Shown piece by piece: positions 41,793 through 51,105 of a stretch of DNA of 64,000 bases. Every line of letters begins with the position of its first letter. The stretch's first letter is position 1. This stretch comes from Steroidobacteraceae bacterium (lineage in GTDB: Bacteria > Pseudomonadota > Gammaproteobacteria > Steroidobacterales > Steroidobacteraceae). The notes below the pieces were generated by a model. The model worked only from the letters and a program-made list of their open reading frames with translations, ran no database searches and was not told where the DNA came from. The position numbers were made by a program, and so were the translations under genes. Location of the stretch: assembly GCA_036267535.1 (NCBI GenBank), contig DATAVX010000105.1, positions 237-64,236 on the forward strand, read 5' to 3'.

Positions 41793-44486
41793 CTAGCCGC
41801 GTCCGGCGCTGAACACGGCCAACATGTCCTCTTCTTCTTCCTTCGGCGGCTCTGCGTCACTGCGCAGCAGCTTCAATATGTCATCGGCGGGCATCGGCCG
41901 CGCGAACAGAAATCCTTGCCCGATGGAGCAGCCCAAGCGCCTCAAAATCTCAACCTGCTGATAAGCCTCGATGCCCTCGGCGATCACTTCGATGTGCAAG
42001 TGCCGGGCGATCGCGATGATGGCGCTGACGATTGCAAGGTCGCTTGAATCGGTCACCAGATCGCGGACGAAGCTGCGGTCGATCTTCAGGGCATCGACGC
42101 GCCAATTCTTGAGGTAGCTCAAGCTCGAGTAGCCCGTCCCAAAGTCATCGATGGCGATCTTGATGCCCAGATCACGCAACCGCGCCATGGTGTCCTGGCG
42201 ATTTTCGCCGGCAGGAGTGTGGGAATCGAACACCGCCCGCTCGGTCATCTCCAGCTGCAGAATTTCCGGCCGGAGATTGTGCGACTTCAGCAGCGTTGAG
42301 ATCGTGGATTGCAGCTCGCCCCGCTGCAGCTGCGCCGGCGCAACGTTGAGCGAGACCGGCACCAGCGGAATGCCTGCTTTGCGCCATGCGCTCATGGTCT
42401 GCAAAGTTCGATGCAGCACGAAATTGCCCATGGGCACGATCAATCCGGTTTCCTCGGCCACAGGAATGAATTGATCGGCGGGAATCATGCCGTGCACCGG
42501 GTGCGACCAGCGCATCAGTGCCTCCAATCCGACGATTTTTCGCGTGATCAAATTGACGAAGGGCTGATAATGCACGTCCAGCTGCTTCAAGCGCAGCGCT
42601 TCGCGCAACGACGCCTCGACCGCCACGCGATGCTTGAGCTTGCGGTTCATGGCGTGGCTGAACATCTGCACATTGTTGCGGCCGCGATCCTTGGCCTGAT
42701 ACATCGCCGTGTCTGAATGCTTGAGCAGCTCGATCATGTTGGCGCCATCCCTGGGGTACAGGCTGACGCCGACGCTGCCGGTGGTCTGCAGCGGGTGGCG
42801 ATCGATGATGATCGGGCGATTCAATGTCTCGATGATGCGGCCGGCGCCCAGAGTCACTTCATCGTAATTTTTGACGTTGCGGAACACGACGACGAACTCA
42901 TCTCCGCCCATGCGGATGACCACATCCGAATCGCGAACGCAGCTGCGCAGCCTGCCAGCCACTTCCTGCAGGAGCTTGTCGCCGGTCTCGTGGCCCCGCG
43001 TGTCGTTGATGTGCTTGAACCGGTCCAAGTCCAGAAACACCACGCCCAGCATGGTATTGGCGGCCTTGGCCTCGTCGATTGCCTGCGGCAAGAAGGCGGT
43101 GAGGTAATGGCGGTTCGGCAAGCCGGTCAATTGATCGTGATGCGCCATCTTGTCGAGGCGCTGCTGATTCTCGATGAGTTGCTGCTCGGCCTTTCTACGC
43201 AGCGAAACGTCATGTGTGACGTAGCCAAGCACGTCGCGACCGTCGACATCGAGGGCATTGCATCGTACTTCGGTGTCGAAGAATGATCCGTTCTTGCAGC
43301 GCTGCTGCAGATTGATCGGCATCTGCGAGTCCGCTTCGATCAGCCGCGACAAGACACTGTCGGGAGTGGCGTTGCCGTCGACGAAGATATCGGTCAGCGC
43401 CAGCGCCTGCGCTTCCTCGTTAGAATAGCCCAAGCGGCTCAAGAAAGCAGGATTGGTGTAAAGCACTTGATGTGTATGAGCATCGACGATGACGATGCCG
43501 TCGTTGGCTTGGTCGATGAGTGCCTTGTAGCGCGCATCGACGGAACGCTGATGGCGGAAGTAGCGTCTCAGTGCCAAGGCGACGCCGCCGACGATCGCCA
43601 TCAACGCCAACAGCGCAGCCAGCAGATAACCCTTCAGGCCGCCGCCGGAATCCGCCGCTGCAAGCGACATGGCGGCGGCATCTTGGGCGTGCGTGAGCCG
43701 CAAGACGCGAACCACCTGACCGCCGGCGTCGCGCAACGCGACCAGGCCTGATGAATCCAGGCGCGACAATCGCGTGGCAACGCTGAACTCGTCCGCGGTT
43801 TCCGCGGCGTCGGCCGTTTTTGCGCGCGGCAGCCCGAAGTCTGTGGAGGGCTGCAGGTCCAGGGTTCCACCCACGGCGAGCGCCAATTTCGAGATCAGCG
43901 CCGGGGTTAGCGAGCGGCTCGCCACCAGCCATCCCAAGACCGCGGGCGAGGAATGGCCGATGATCGGGCGCACCGCGATCCAGCGATCGTCTTTAAAGGT
44001 CGAAACCGGGGACGCTCGACCGGTGTCGGCTTGCGCCGGCATGGATTCAACAATCTGCAGCAACGCCGGATCAGGCGGTTGCTCATTGAGTTGTCCGTCC
44101 GCAATCGTGACGCTGAAGCGCACCGTGCGCAGGGCCGTTAGCACGAGCAGCGAATTCACGCTGCGCCGTGACATATCGGCAAGTTCCAGGCGGTCGGCGG
44201 AAGGATCGGTGGTCTCTTGCACCAGGCGGATGGCCGCGTCGGATTCGGCCAGCTCGCGGGCATGCTCCGCGAGGCGTTCGGACTGCGCGGTCAATTCCTC
44301 CGCCAGCTGTGCGAGCTGTAAACCGGTGTTTTCGCGCTCGAGATTCGCGGCCCGGCTGCGCCAGTCCTGTTGGCTCGAGGCGAGCACAATGACCAGGACC
44401 AGAAGCAATGAGCCGCCCGCCGCCAGCCACAGCGATCGTCGCCGAAGCGCTGCCGGAATCCAGGCTGCCGTCGTCATGCTAAGCAA
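41793..44486 (-). CDS. Sensor diguanylate cyclase/phosphodiesterase (periplasmic CHASE-like domain, TM, PAS, GGDEF, EAL)
   Basis: The GGDEF motif is intact, with an RxxD I-site five residues upstream (RDSDVVIRMGGDEF). The EAL blocks EALMRW, DDFGTGYSSL, KIDRSF and EGIE are all present. Confidence 0.9.
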   Translation of the reverse strand: MLSMTTAAWIPAALRRRSLWLAAGGSLLLVLVIVLASSQQDWRSRAANLERENTGLQLAQLAEELTAQSERLAEHARELAESDAAIRLVQETTDPSADRLELADMSRRSVNSLLVLTALRTVRFSVTIADGQLNEQPPDPALLQIVESMPAQADTGRASPVSTFKDDRWIAVRPIIGHSSPAVLGWLVASRSLTPALISKLALAVGGTLDLQPSTDFGLPRAKTADAAETADEFSVATRLSRLDSSGLVALRDAGGQVVRVLRLTHAQDAAAMSLAAADSGGGLKGYLLAALLALMAIVGGVALALRRYFRHQRSVDARYKALIDQANDGIVIVDAHTHQVLYTNPAFLSRLGYSNEEAQALALTDIFVDGNATPDSVLSRLIEADSQMPINLQQRCKNGSFFDTEVRCNALDVDGRDVLGYVTHDVSLRRKAEQQLIENQQRLDKMAHHDQLTGLPNRHYLTAFLPQAIDEAKAANTMLGVVFLDLDRFKHINDTRGHETGDKLLQEVAGRLRSCVRDSDVVIRMGGDEFVVVFRNVKNYDEVTLGAGRIIETLNRPIIIDRHPLQTTGSVGVSLYPRDGANMIELLKHSDTAMYQAKDRGRNNVQMFSHAMNRKLKHRVAVEASLREALRLKQLDVHYQPFVNLITRKIVGLEALMRWSHPVHGMIPADQFIPVAEETGLIVPMGNFVLHRTLQTMSAWRKAGIPLVPVSLNVAPAQLQRGELQSTISTLLKSHNLRPEILQLEMTERAVFDSHTPAGENRQDTMARLRDLGIKIAIDDFGTGYSSLSYLKNWRVDALKIDRSFVRDLVTDSSDLAIVSAIIAIARHLHIEVIAEGIEAYQQVEILRRLGCSIGQGFLFARPMPADDILKLLRSDAEPPKEEEEDMLAVFSAGRG

Positions 44487-44659
44487 CTACCCAGGCGGCA
44501 ATCGCATCGCGCAAACCGGCTGCTATTGGACATAATCATGTACAGATTTAGTAACTTGGCGCAGTATCTGCGATAGCGTCTGAAGTAACCGATATGGGGT
44601 CCACAGTCCCACGTAGGACTTGTGTGATGCCGATCGTATGAGGCCGGCCGGCCGCCCAT

Positions 44660-45661
44660 ATGGAACAATGGGCCATGAAAGTTCGTCTCGATACCAGCCT
44701 GGAACTGCTGCTGCAACAAGCCCCGGCGGCATATCCGTCGCGCGTGCTGGCGACCCTTGTCGCGACCGCCGGATCCACTTACCGCAAGCCCGGCGCACGC
44801 ATGCTGCTGATGGCGGACGGCAGTTACATCGGACTACTTAGCGGTGGTTGCCTGGAATCCGACCTGCAGATTCATGCACGCGAGGTGCTGGAGAGCGGCG
44901 CCGCGCGCGCGGTCGAGTACGACACTCGCGGACCGGACGACACGCTGTTCGGCATGGGGCTGGGCTGTGAAGGCACGATGCGCGTTTTGCTGGAGCCTGC
45001 GGGCCCCGCGAGCCCCGCGGAGCAGGCGCTGGCCTCGGCCGTCCTCACCACGCACCGCGGCGACTCCGCGTGCCTGGCCATGGTGCATGACTCGCCGCAC
45101 GGGCACCTCGGTACTTACCGCAACGATGAAGCGCTGCCCGCCGCCGAACGTGCCCGCGCATTCGTGCAGACCCTCTCGCCCCCGCCGCACTTGCTCATTT
45201 GCGGAGCCGCACCCGATGCCCAGCCGGTCGCCGACACGGCGCGCGCGCTGGGTTGGCGCGTGTCGGTGGTGGATCATCGGCCGGCTTATGCCGTGGCCGC
45301 ACGATTTCCGGGGGCCGACCTGCACGTCATCAATCCAAAATCTCTGCGTTCCGAAATAGATCTGGCGCGCTGTCACGCGGTGGTCGTAATGAGCCATCAT
45401 CTTCCTTCGGACGAGATCTACTTGCGTGAACTCGCGGCCGCAGGCGCACCCGCTTACGTGGGATTGCTCGGGCCGAAGGCGCGCCGCCGCCGTCTGGCGC
45501 AGGAACTGGGAACCGACATGGATCTGTTGAGCACGCGAATTCGCGGGCCCGTGGGCCTCGACATCGGCGCAACGACGCCCGAAGCAATCGCGCTGTCCAT
45601 CATAGGACAGATACACGCGTGGCTTGCCGGGCGCGCCTTTAGTGAAGCGGTCTTGACTTAG
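44660..45661 (+). CDS. XdhC/CoxI-family molybdoenzyme maturation factor (no partner dehydrogenase nearby)
   Basis: The N-terminal block is LATLVATAGSTYRKPGARMLL...GLLSGGCLESDL. The Rossmann-like C-terminal block is LLICGAAPDAQPVADTARALGWRVSVVDHRP. The start may instead be ATG 44675. Confidence 0.8.
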   Translation: MEQWAMKVRLDTSLELLLQQAPAAYPSRVLATLVATAGSTYRKPGARMLLMADGSYIGLLSGGCLESDLQIHAREVLESGAARAVEYDTRGPDDTLFGMGLGCEGTMRVLLEPAGPASPAEQALASAVLTTHRGDSACLAMVHDSPHGHLGTYRNDEALPAAERARAFVQTLSPPPHLLICGAAPDAQPVADTARALGWRVSVVDHRPAYAVAARFPGADLHVINPKSLRSEIDLARCHAVVVMSHHLPSDEIYLRELAAAGAPAYVGLLGPKARRRRLAQELGTDMDLLSTRIRGPVGLDIGATTPEAIALSIIGQIHAWLAGRAFSEAVLT

Positions 45662-45705
45662 CGAACGCTCAAGATCCGGCGTGCGCTGCCGAATTTCCAG
45701 GGCTT

Positions 45706-46626
45706 ATGCCAAATATGACAGCCCCCACATATCGTTCCGGTACGGAATCGCTTCCCGCAAGCGAAGCCGCCGCAACTCTCGAGGAACGGGCCACGGCGCT
45801 CGCGTTTCTACAGAAACTCGCTACCGAGGTTTCCAAAGGCACGGTCGATCTGCCCTGCTTTCCCGATGTCGTCGTCAGGATCAGCCACGCGTTGGCCGAC
45901 CCAAACACAACCTCCGACCGCGTCGTCACTATCGTGGGTGCGGAACCGCGGCTCGCCGCGCGCGTCTTGCAGACAGCCAATTCCGCCGCATTCAACAGTT
46001 CGGGCAGACCGCTTGCCGACTTAAGATCCGCCATCACGCGGCTCGGGCAGCAGCTGGTGCAAAGCACGGCAATGTCCTACGCCATGCAGCAGATGAAAAA
46101 TGAGTCATCGTTGAGATCCATCGCGCAGCCGCTCACGGAGCTATGGAACCGAAGCATTTCCGTCGCGTCCCTTTGCAAGTTGGTCGCCGCACGAACCAAG
46201 GTCTCTACCGATGAGGCTTTCTTGACCGGCTTGCTGCACGGGATCGGCAAGCTTTACATCATGGCGCGCGCCGCCGGCGGCGCGAATGGACTCCTCAACG
46301 CGCAATCCTGGATGGAGCTGATCAGCGGCTGGCAGGCTTCGATCGGCAAAGCCGTGCTCCTGAGCTGGGGATTCGCAGAGGAGCTGTGCGATGCCGTGGG
46401 CGACCAAGGCGACGTGGATCGCCGCTGGAAACACGAGGCGAGCCTCGCTGATGTGCTCATCGCCAGCCTGGTGCTAGCCGACGCGTTGCCGCAGCCTGAG
46501 CCGAGAACCCTGGGAACCGAGGGGATCAATGCATTCTTGAGCCTCGGCGTGACGCCGGCCGATTGCAACGGCATTCTCGCCCAGGCCGAGGCACAAATCC
46601 GCCGGATCCACGAGGCATTGGCGTAG
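45706..46626 (+). CDS. HDOD domain protein (cytoplasmic)
   Basis: LPCFPDVVVRISHALADPNTTSDRVVTIVGAEPRLAARVLQTANSAAF...RLGQQLV...GLLHGIGKLYI is a typical HDOD pattern. Confidence 0.8.
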   Translation: MPNMTAPTYRSGTESLPASEAAATLEERATALAFLQKLATEVSKGTVDLPCFPDVVVRISHALADPNTTSDRVVTIVGAEPRLAARVLQTANSAAFNSSGRPLADLRSAITRLGQQLVQSTAMSYAMQQMKNESSLRSIAQPLTELWNRSISVASLCKLVAARTKVSTDEAFLTGLLHGIGKLYIMARAAGGANGLLNAQSWMELISGWQASIGKAVLLSWGFAEELCDAVGDQGDVDRRWKHEASLADVLIASLVLADALPQPEPRTLGTEGINAFLSLGVTPADCNGILAQAEAQIRRIHEALA

Positions 46627-46636
46627 AATTACGGGC

Positions 46637-47314
46637 ATGCGTAGGTTTTTAGGATTGCTCATCGCGCTCTCGGCGGGCGCCTTGTCGCTCGCTGTTGCCG
46701 CACCGTCTGCGCCGCCGGCGCAGGGTTGGCGAGCGGCCGTGCGGGAACTTGCCTTGAGCCATTTTAAGAATCCAGCCTGGGGATACTCGCATTGCCTACG
46801 CGACTATGCACTGGCCCGGGAAATGGCCTTGGCCGACCACGTTGCGTTCGATGATGATGTGCTATTCGCCGCTTCCTATCTGCATGACATGGCGGCATTT
46901 CCGCCGTGGGAAGACACGAAGTCCGATCACTCGGATGTCGGAGCTCGTCTGGTCGATGCGGTATTGAAAGGTACCGGATTCCCGATGGAGAAAATCGATG
47001 CGGTACGGAGCGCGATCCGCACGCACATGTACTATCGCGATCCCATCGGCCCCGAGGCGCTCTACCTGCACGACGCCGACGCGCTCGATTGGCTGGGCGC
47101 GATCGGCGTGGCGCGCATCATGGCGCTGGTCGATCCGCATGGCGGCAATCCCGACGGGCCAAAAGCCGTGGCCATGCTCAACGACAACCTCAACAAAGTG
47201 CCGGGCCGGGTCCTCTCGCCAGCGGGCCGTGCGCTCGTCCCGGAGCGTAAAGCCGAACTGGAAAAATTCCTCTCGGATCTGAAACGCCAGAGCGAGGATC
47301 TTCGCACCCTCTAG
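46637..47314 (+). CDS. HD-domain phosphohydrolase-like protein with an N-terminal signal peptide
   Basis: The signal is MRRFLGLLIALSAGALSLAVAAP. The HD-superfamily residues are SHC...YLHDMA...RTHM...LHDADALDWLGAIGVAR. Confidence 0.7.
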   Translation: MRRFLGLLIALSAGALSLAVAAPSAPPAQGWRAAVRELALSHFKNPAWGYSHCLRDYALAREMALADHVAFDDDVLFAASYLHDMAAFPPWEDTKSDHSDVGARLVDAVLKGTGFPMEKIDAVRSAIRTHMYYRDPIGPEALYLHDADALDWLGAIGVARIMALVDPHGGNPDGPKAVAMLNDNLNKVPGRVLSPAGRALVPERKAELEKFLSDLKRQSEDLRTL

Positions 47315-47349
47315 GCGATGGCAATACCTGCTGAAGAATAACCGATACC

Positions 47350-48459
47350 ATGGCGTCAGACGCCCGCACTAGTCGATGGCCGGCCGAGATGCCGCTGTGG
47401 ACCGTTGCCGCGCCGCTCGCCGCGTGTGTCGTGATGGGGGCGGCCGGTTTTGGCTTCGCCGCAAGCGGGTTATTCGTGGCGTTTATCGCCTTGAGCCTCG
47501 CCGGCAGCGTGTTCGCGGCCGTGCATCATGCCGAAGTGGTTGCGCACCGCGTTGGAGAACCCTACGGCACGCTGGTGCTGGCGCTCGCGGTCACCTTGAT
47601 CGAAGTTGCCCTCATCGTTTCATTGATGATCGCCGGCGGCGCCGATGCCGCGGCGCTGGCGCGCGACACGGTGTTCGCCGCGGTAATGATCATCCTGAAC
47701 GGCATCATCGGGCTCTGTTTGCTGGTCGGGGGCGTGAAGCATCGCGAGCAGTCGTTCAGTCTCGACGGCGTCAGCGCGGCGCTGGTCGCGTTGGCCGCCA
47801 TCGTGATCCTCGCACTGGTGTTTCCGAACTACACCGTCACTACACCGGGTCCTTACTACTCGCCGAGCCAGCTCATACTGATCGCCATCGTATCGCTGGC
47901 CATCTATGCGGCGTTCGTGTTTGCCCAGACCATCGGTCATCGGCGGATTTTTGTCGAGGATGCACCTGCGAACGACCCGGCCGCGCATATACATCCGCCG
48001 AGCAACAGCGTGATGGTGTTCAGCACGATACTGCTGATGGCGTGTCTCGCGGCCGTGGTGTTGCTGGCGAAAAAACTCGCGCCCAGCTTGGAATCCGCTG
48101 TGCTGCGCATCGGCGCACCCAACGCCGTGGTCGGCGTGATCATCGCAGCAATTGTGCTGCTGCCGGAAGGCTTGGCTGCGCTGCGCGCAGCGCGCGCGAA
48201 TCGCCTGCAGACCAGTCTCAATCTTGCGTTGGGATCGGCGCTCGCCAGCATTGGATTGACCATCCCCGCGGTCAGTGTCCTGTCGGTTTACATGCACACG
48301 CAGCTGGTGCTGGGCATCGACGCGAAGGCCACCGTACTGCTGATGCTGTCGCTCTTCATCACGGCCGTCGCCCTGCGCACCGGCAGAACCATTCTCCTGC
48401 ACGGCATCGTGCTGCTGGTCATCTTCGTGGTGTACTTGTTCACGACCGTCGTGCCGTAG
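47350..48459 (+). CDS. Calcium:proton antiporter (ChaA / CaCA family)
   Basis: About 11 TM helices are predicted. Two alpha-repeat-like blocks are present (GTLVLALAVTLIEVALIVSLM and VVGVIIAAIVLLPEGLAALRAA). Confidence 0.75.
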   Translation: MASDARTSRWPAEMPLWTVAAPLAACVVMGAAGFGFAASGLFVAFIALSLAGSVFAAVHHAEVVAHRVGEPYGTLVLALAVTLIEVALIVSLMIAGGADAAALARDTVFAAVMIILNGIIGLCLLVGGVKHREQSFSLDGVSAALVALAAIVILALVFPNYTVTTPGPYYSPSQLILIAIVSLAIYAAFVFAQTIGHRRIFVEDAPANDPAAHIHPPSNSVMVFSTILLMACLAAVVLLAKKLAPSLESAVLRIGAPNAVVGVIIAAIVLLPEGLAALRAARANRLQTSLNLALGSALASIGLTIPAVSVLSVYMHTQLVLGIDAKATVLLMLSLFITAVALRTGRTILLHGIVLLVIFVVYLFTTVVP

Positions 48460-48477
48460 CCAAAAGATTGCACCGTG

Positions 48478-48498
48478 GAGGCGTGGCAACCACGCCTC
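48478..48498 (+). terminator. Stable hairpin downstream of the chaA-like gene (terminator-like, no U-tract)
   Basis: A perfect 9-bp stem GAGGCGTGG / CCACGCCTC with a 3-nt loop lies 19 nt after the stop codon. It is followed by GGTCCC rather than a T-run. Confidence 0.3.
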
Positions 48499-48643
48499 GG
48501 TCCCGCCTGCAATTTCCGCCCTCTCATTTCACCAGACGCTCAAATTTCACGCCTTTGTCGCCGCGTCACGACGCTCTGGCGGGTAACCGCGCGCACGCGG
48601 AAGAGCACACATGCATAGAACTAACAAAACCGAGGATATATCT

Positions 48644-50620
48644 ATGCTGTGCTCACCACGTGCAACTCATGCATGCGTAACTTTGCGCCGCTGGCTGCCT
48701 GCAGCCGCGTGTGCCTTGCTGATGACCGCCTTGAGTGCTTGCGGCGGTGGCATGTCGTATTCGTCTCCGGCATCGATGCCGGCATCACCCGCGGCTCCCG
48801 CAAGCTGCACGCCGTCCGCTTGCGGCTCGATGGTCGTGACCATGACCGATGCGGCCGGCGATTTCCTCTCGTATCAAGTCAGCCTGGTATCGCTGCAGCT
48901 TCAAAAGGCGGACGGCACCAAGGTGGAAACTCTGCCGGCGACCACCGCAGTCGACTTTGCGCAGCTGATCGACTTGAGCGAAATTTTGAGCGCGCGGCAA
49001 ATTCCGCCCGGCGATTATGTGGCAGCACAGGTCACCGTGGACTTCACCAACGCCTCCATCATGGTCGATGACGGTTCGGGCACCGGCGTCGCGGTCAAGC
49101 CGGTGGACTCGACCGGTGCGGCCCTCACGCAACTGCAGCTCATGGTGCAGCTCGACAACAAGAATCATTTGCAGATGAATGCAGCGAAAACCTCGCACAT
49201 CGCTTTCGATTTCAATTTGCTGGCGTCCAATATGGTCGACTTGAGCGCTAAGACGGTGACGGTCAGCCCGGTGCTGGTCGCCAGCGTGGTGCCCATGGAC
49301 AACAAGCAGATTCGGGTGCGCGGTGAGATCGCCTCCGTGGATACGGCAAACAGCGCCTACACGGTGCAGGTCGATCCCTTTCACGAACACCACGAGGATA
49401 AGCTGAGCGCACTGGTGGTTCACAGCAGCGATACGACGGCTTTCGAGATCAACGGCACACCCTCCGTCGGTGCGGCCGGTCTCGCGCAGTTGGCCGCGCT
49501 CCCGTCGAACACCCTGTCGGTTGCCTTTGGCAGCCTGGAGCTCGACACTCAATCCTTCACCGCGGCCCGTGTGTTGGCAGGCAGCAGCGTCGAGGGGGCC
49601 GGCCTAGATCACCTATCGGGGACCGTCATCGCGCGAAGCGGCAATAGCTTGACGGTGCACGGGGCGCATATGCAGGATCATGACAACGGCGATGATCATG
49701 ATGGCGGCGACAACTTCATGGCAGGCAATTCCACCGTCACCATCGCCGCGGCAACTGCGGTAACGGTGCAAGGCCAGACGGCGGCCGCACCGGCGCATAC
49801 CATTGCCGAGATCTCGGTGGGATCGCTCATCGACGCCTTCGGCAGCGCTACAAAGGATGGCTCGGGGAAAGTCAGCATGGATGCCGCAGCCGGGCGGGTG
49901 CGGCTTGATTTCAGCCAAGTACAAGGCGCGCTCAATGCAATCGGCACGAAGCAAATCACGATCAGGTTGGATTCCATCGAGCGTCTGCCGGCATCGCTGT
50001 TTGATTTTGCCGGTACGGGCTCGGCTGCGGGATCGGTCAGCGACCCAACCAAGTATGTGATCGGCACGGGAAACTTATCTTTGACTGACTTCACGGCCGG
50101 CAATTTGCTGATGGGAATCGGCTTTGTCGCACCCTTTGGCTCGACGCCGCCGGACTTTGACGCGATCACGCTAGCCGCTGGTTCGCAGGGCGATATCGAC
50201 GACAACGATGACGATAATGACAATCGCGGCAAGGGCGCGCAGATGGATATCGACTGGGGGAGCTCGGGCACGATCGCCCCATTCAAGGCGATGGACGCCA
50301 CTCACCTCGATCTCGACGTGTCGAACTCGAGCATCGGCAGCCACCACCGCATTCAGGTCGATCCGCGGGATATCGATATCACATCCCTGGCGGGCGATCC
50401 GTCGATCGTGGGGGCCGCATCCGGAATGACCCAGTTCGCGATCACCGGCCAGCATGGACGCGGCACGGACAACTTCAGCAGCTTCGCGGACTTTGAAGCC
50501 GCGTTAGGCGTGGATTTGGATGGCACGACCACCGCGCTGCGCTTGACGGCGGACGGACAGTACGATACGGCCGGCAACACCTTCACTGCGCGCCGCATCA
50601 CCATCCTGCTTAGCAATTGA
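48644..50620 (+). CDS. Large lipoprotein of unknown function with Asp-rich clusters (DUF4382-like N-terminal module)
   Basis: GAGGA lies 8 nt upstream of ATG 48644. The lipobox is LLMTALSAC. The N-terminal module VVTMTDAAGDFLSYQVSLVSLQLQKADGT resembles DUF4382. The acidic clusters are HMQDHDNGDDHDGGDNF and GDIDDNDDDNDNRG. Confidence 0.7.
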   Translation: MLCSPRATHACVTLRRWLPAAACALLMTALSACGGGMSYSSPASMPASPAAPASCTPSACGSMVVTMTDAAGDFLSYQVSLVSLQLQKADGTKVETLPATTAVDFAQLIDLSEILSARQIPPGDYVAAQVTVDFTNASIMVDDGSGTGVAVKPVDSTGAALTQLQLMVQLDNKNHLQMNAAKTSHIAFDFNLLASNMVDLSAKTVTVSPVLVASVVPMDNKQIRVRGEIASVDTANSAYTVQVDPFHEHHEDKLSALVVHSSDTTAFEINGTPSVGAAGLAQLAALPSNTLSVAFGSLELDTQSFTAARVLAGSSVEGAGLDHLSGTVIARSGNSLTVHGAHMQDHDNGDDHDGGDNFMAGNSTVTIAAATAVTVQGQTAAAPAHTIAEISVGSLIDAFGSATKDGSGKVSMDAAAGRVRLDFSQVQGALNAIGTKQITIRLDSIERLPASLFDFAGTGSAAGSVSDPTKYVIGTGNLSLTDFTAGNLLMGIGFVAPFGSTPPDFDAITLAAGSQGDIDDNDDDNDNRGKGAQMDIDWGSSGTIAPFKAMDATHLDLDVSNSSIGSHHRIQVDPRDIDITSLAGDPSIVGAASGMTQFAITGQHGRGTDNFSSFADFEAALGVDLDGTTTALRLTADGQYDTAGNTFTARRITILLSN

Positions 50621-50659
50621 ACTCAAGCGATTAATTCGATCGCTGGACTGCAGCACAAA

Positions 50660-50690
50660 GGGGAGCCTGATCAGGCTCCCCCTCTTTCTT
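50660..50690 (+). terminator. Rho-independent terminator
   Basis: An 8-bp GC-rich stem GGGGAGCC / GGCTCCCC with the loop TGATCA is followed by CTCTTTCTT. It sits between the convergent lipoprotein and DMT genes. Confidence 0.7.
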
Positions 50691-50696
50691 GGTGCA

Positions 50697-51038
50697 CTAT
50701 GCCGCCACGGGCTTGAAGGCGAACGCCACCACAGCAGCCGCGATCAGCAGAACAAAAGCGACGGCATAATTCCACGCCATCTTCTCCTTGAGGTAAACCA
50801 TGGCGAACACCAGGAACACCGTCAACGTGATGGCTTCCTGGAGGATCTTGAGCTGAAATCCGCTAAAGACGCCGAAGCCCAGCCGATTGGCCGGAACTGC
50901 CATGCAGTATTCGATCAGCGCAATTGCCCACGATACGAGAATCGCCTTCCAAAGCGGCCAGTCGTGGCCATATTTAAGATGCCCATACCAGGCAAATGTC
51001 ATGAAAACATTGGACCCGAACAACAGCAGGATCGTCAT
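50697..51038 (-). CDS. DMT-superfamily small membrane protein (DUF486)
   Basis: The 113-aa MTILLLFGSNVFMTFAWYGHLKY... is the typical DUF486 N-terminus, with four TM helices. Confidence 0.8.
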   Translation of the reverse strand: MTILLLFGSNVFMTFAWYGHLKYGHDWPLWKAILVSWAIALIEYCMAVPANRLGFGVFSGFQLKILQEAITLTVFLVFAMVYLKEKMAWNYAVAFVLLIAAAVVAFAFKPVAA

Positions 51039-51105
51039 CGTAAACCCCTTTATCGGCTAGGCGTCATTTTCCGTGCGCGCGGCGCGCATGTACAATCAGT
51101 AAATC

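Noticed and set aside
47376-48680. 434-aa same-strand ORF in an alternative frame over the chaA-like gene (also 47620-48489 on the minus strand).
   Set aside because: The translation is Arg/Gly/Ala-rich without TM helices or motifs. The frame starting at 47350 gives a coherent 11-TM antiporter.
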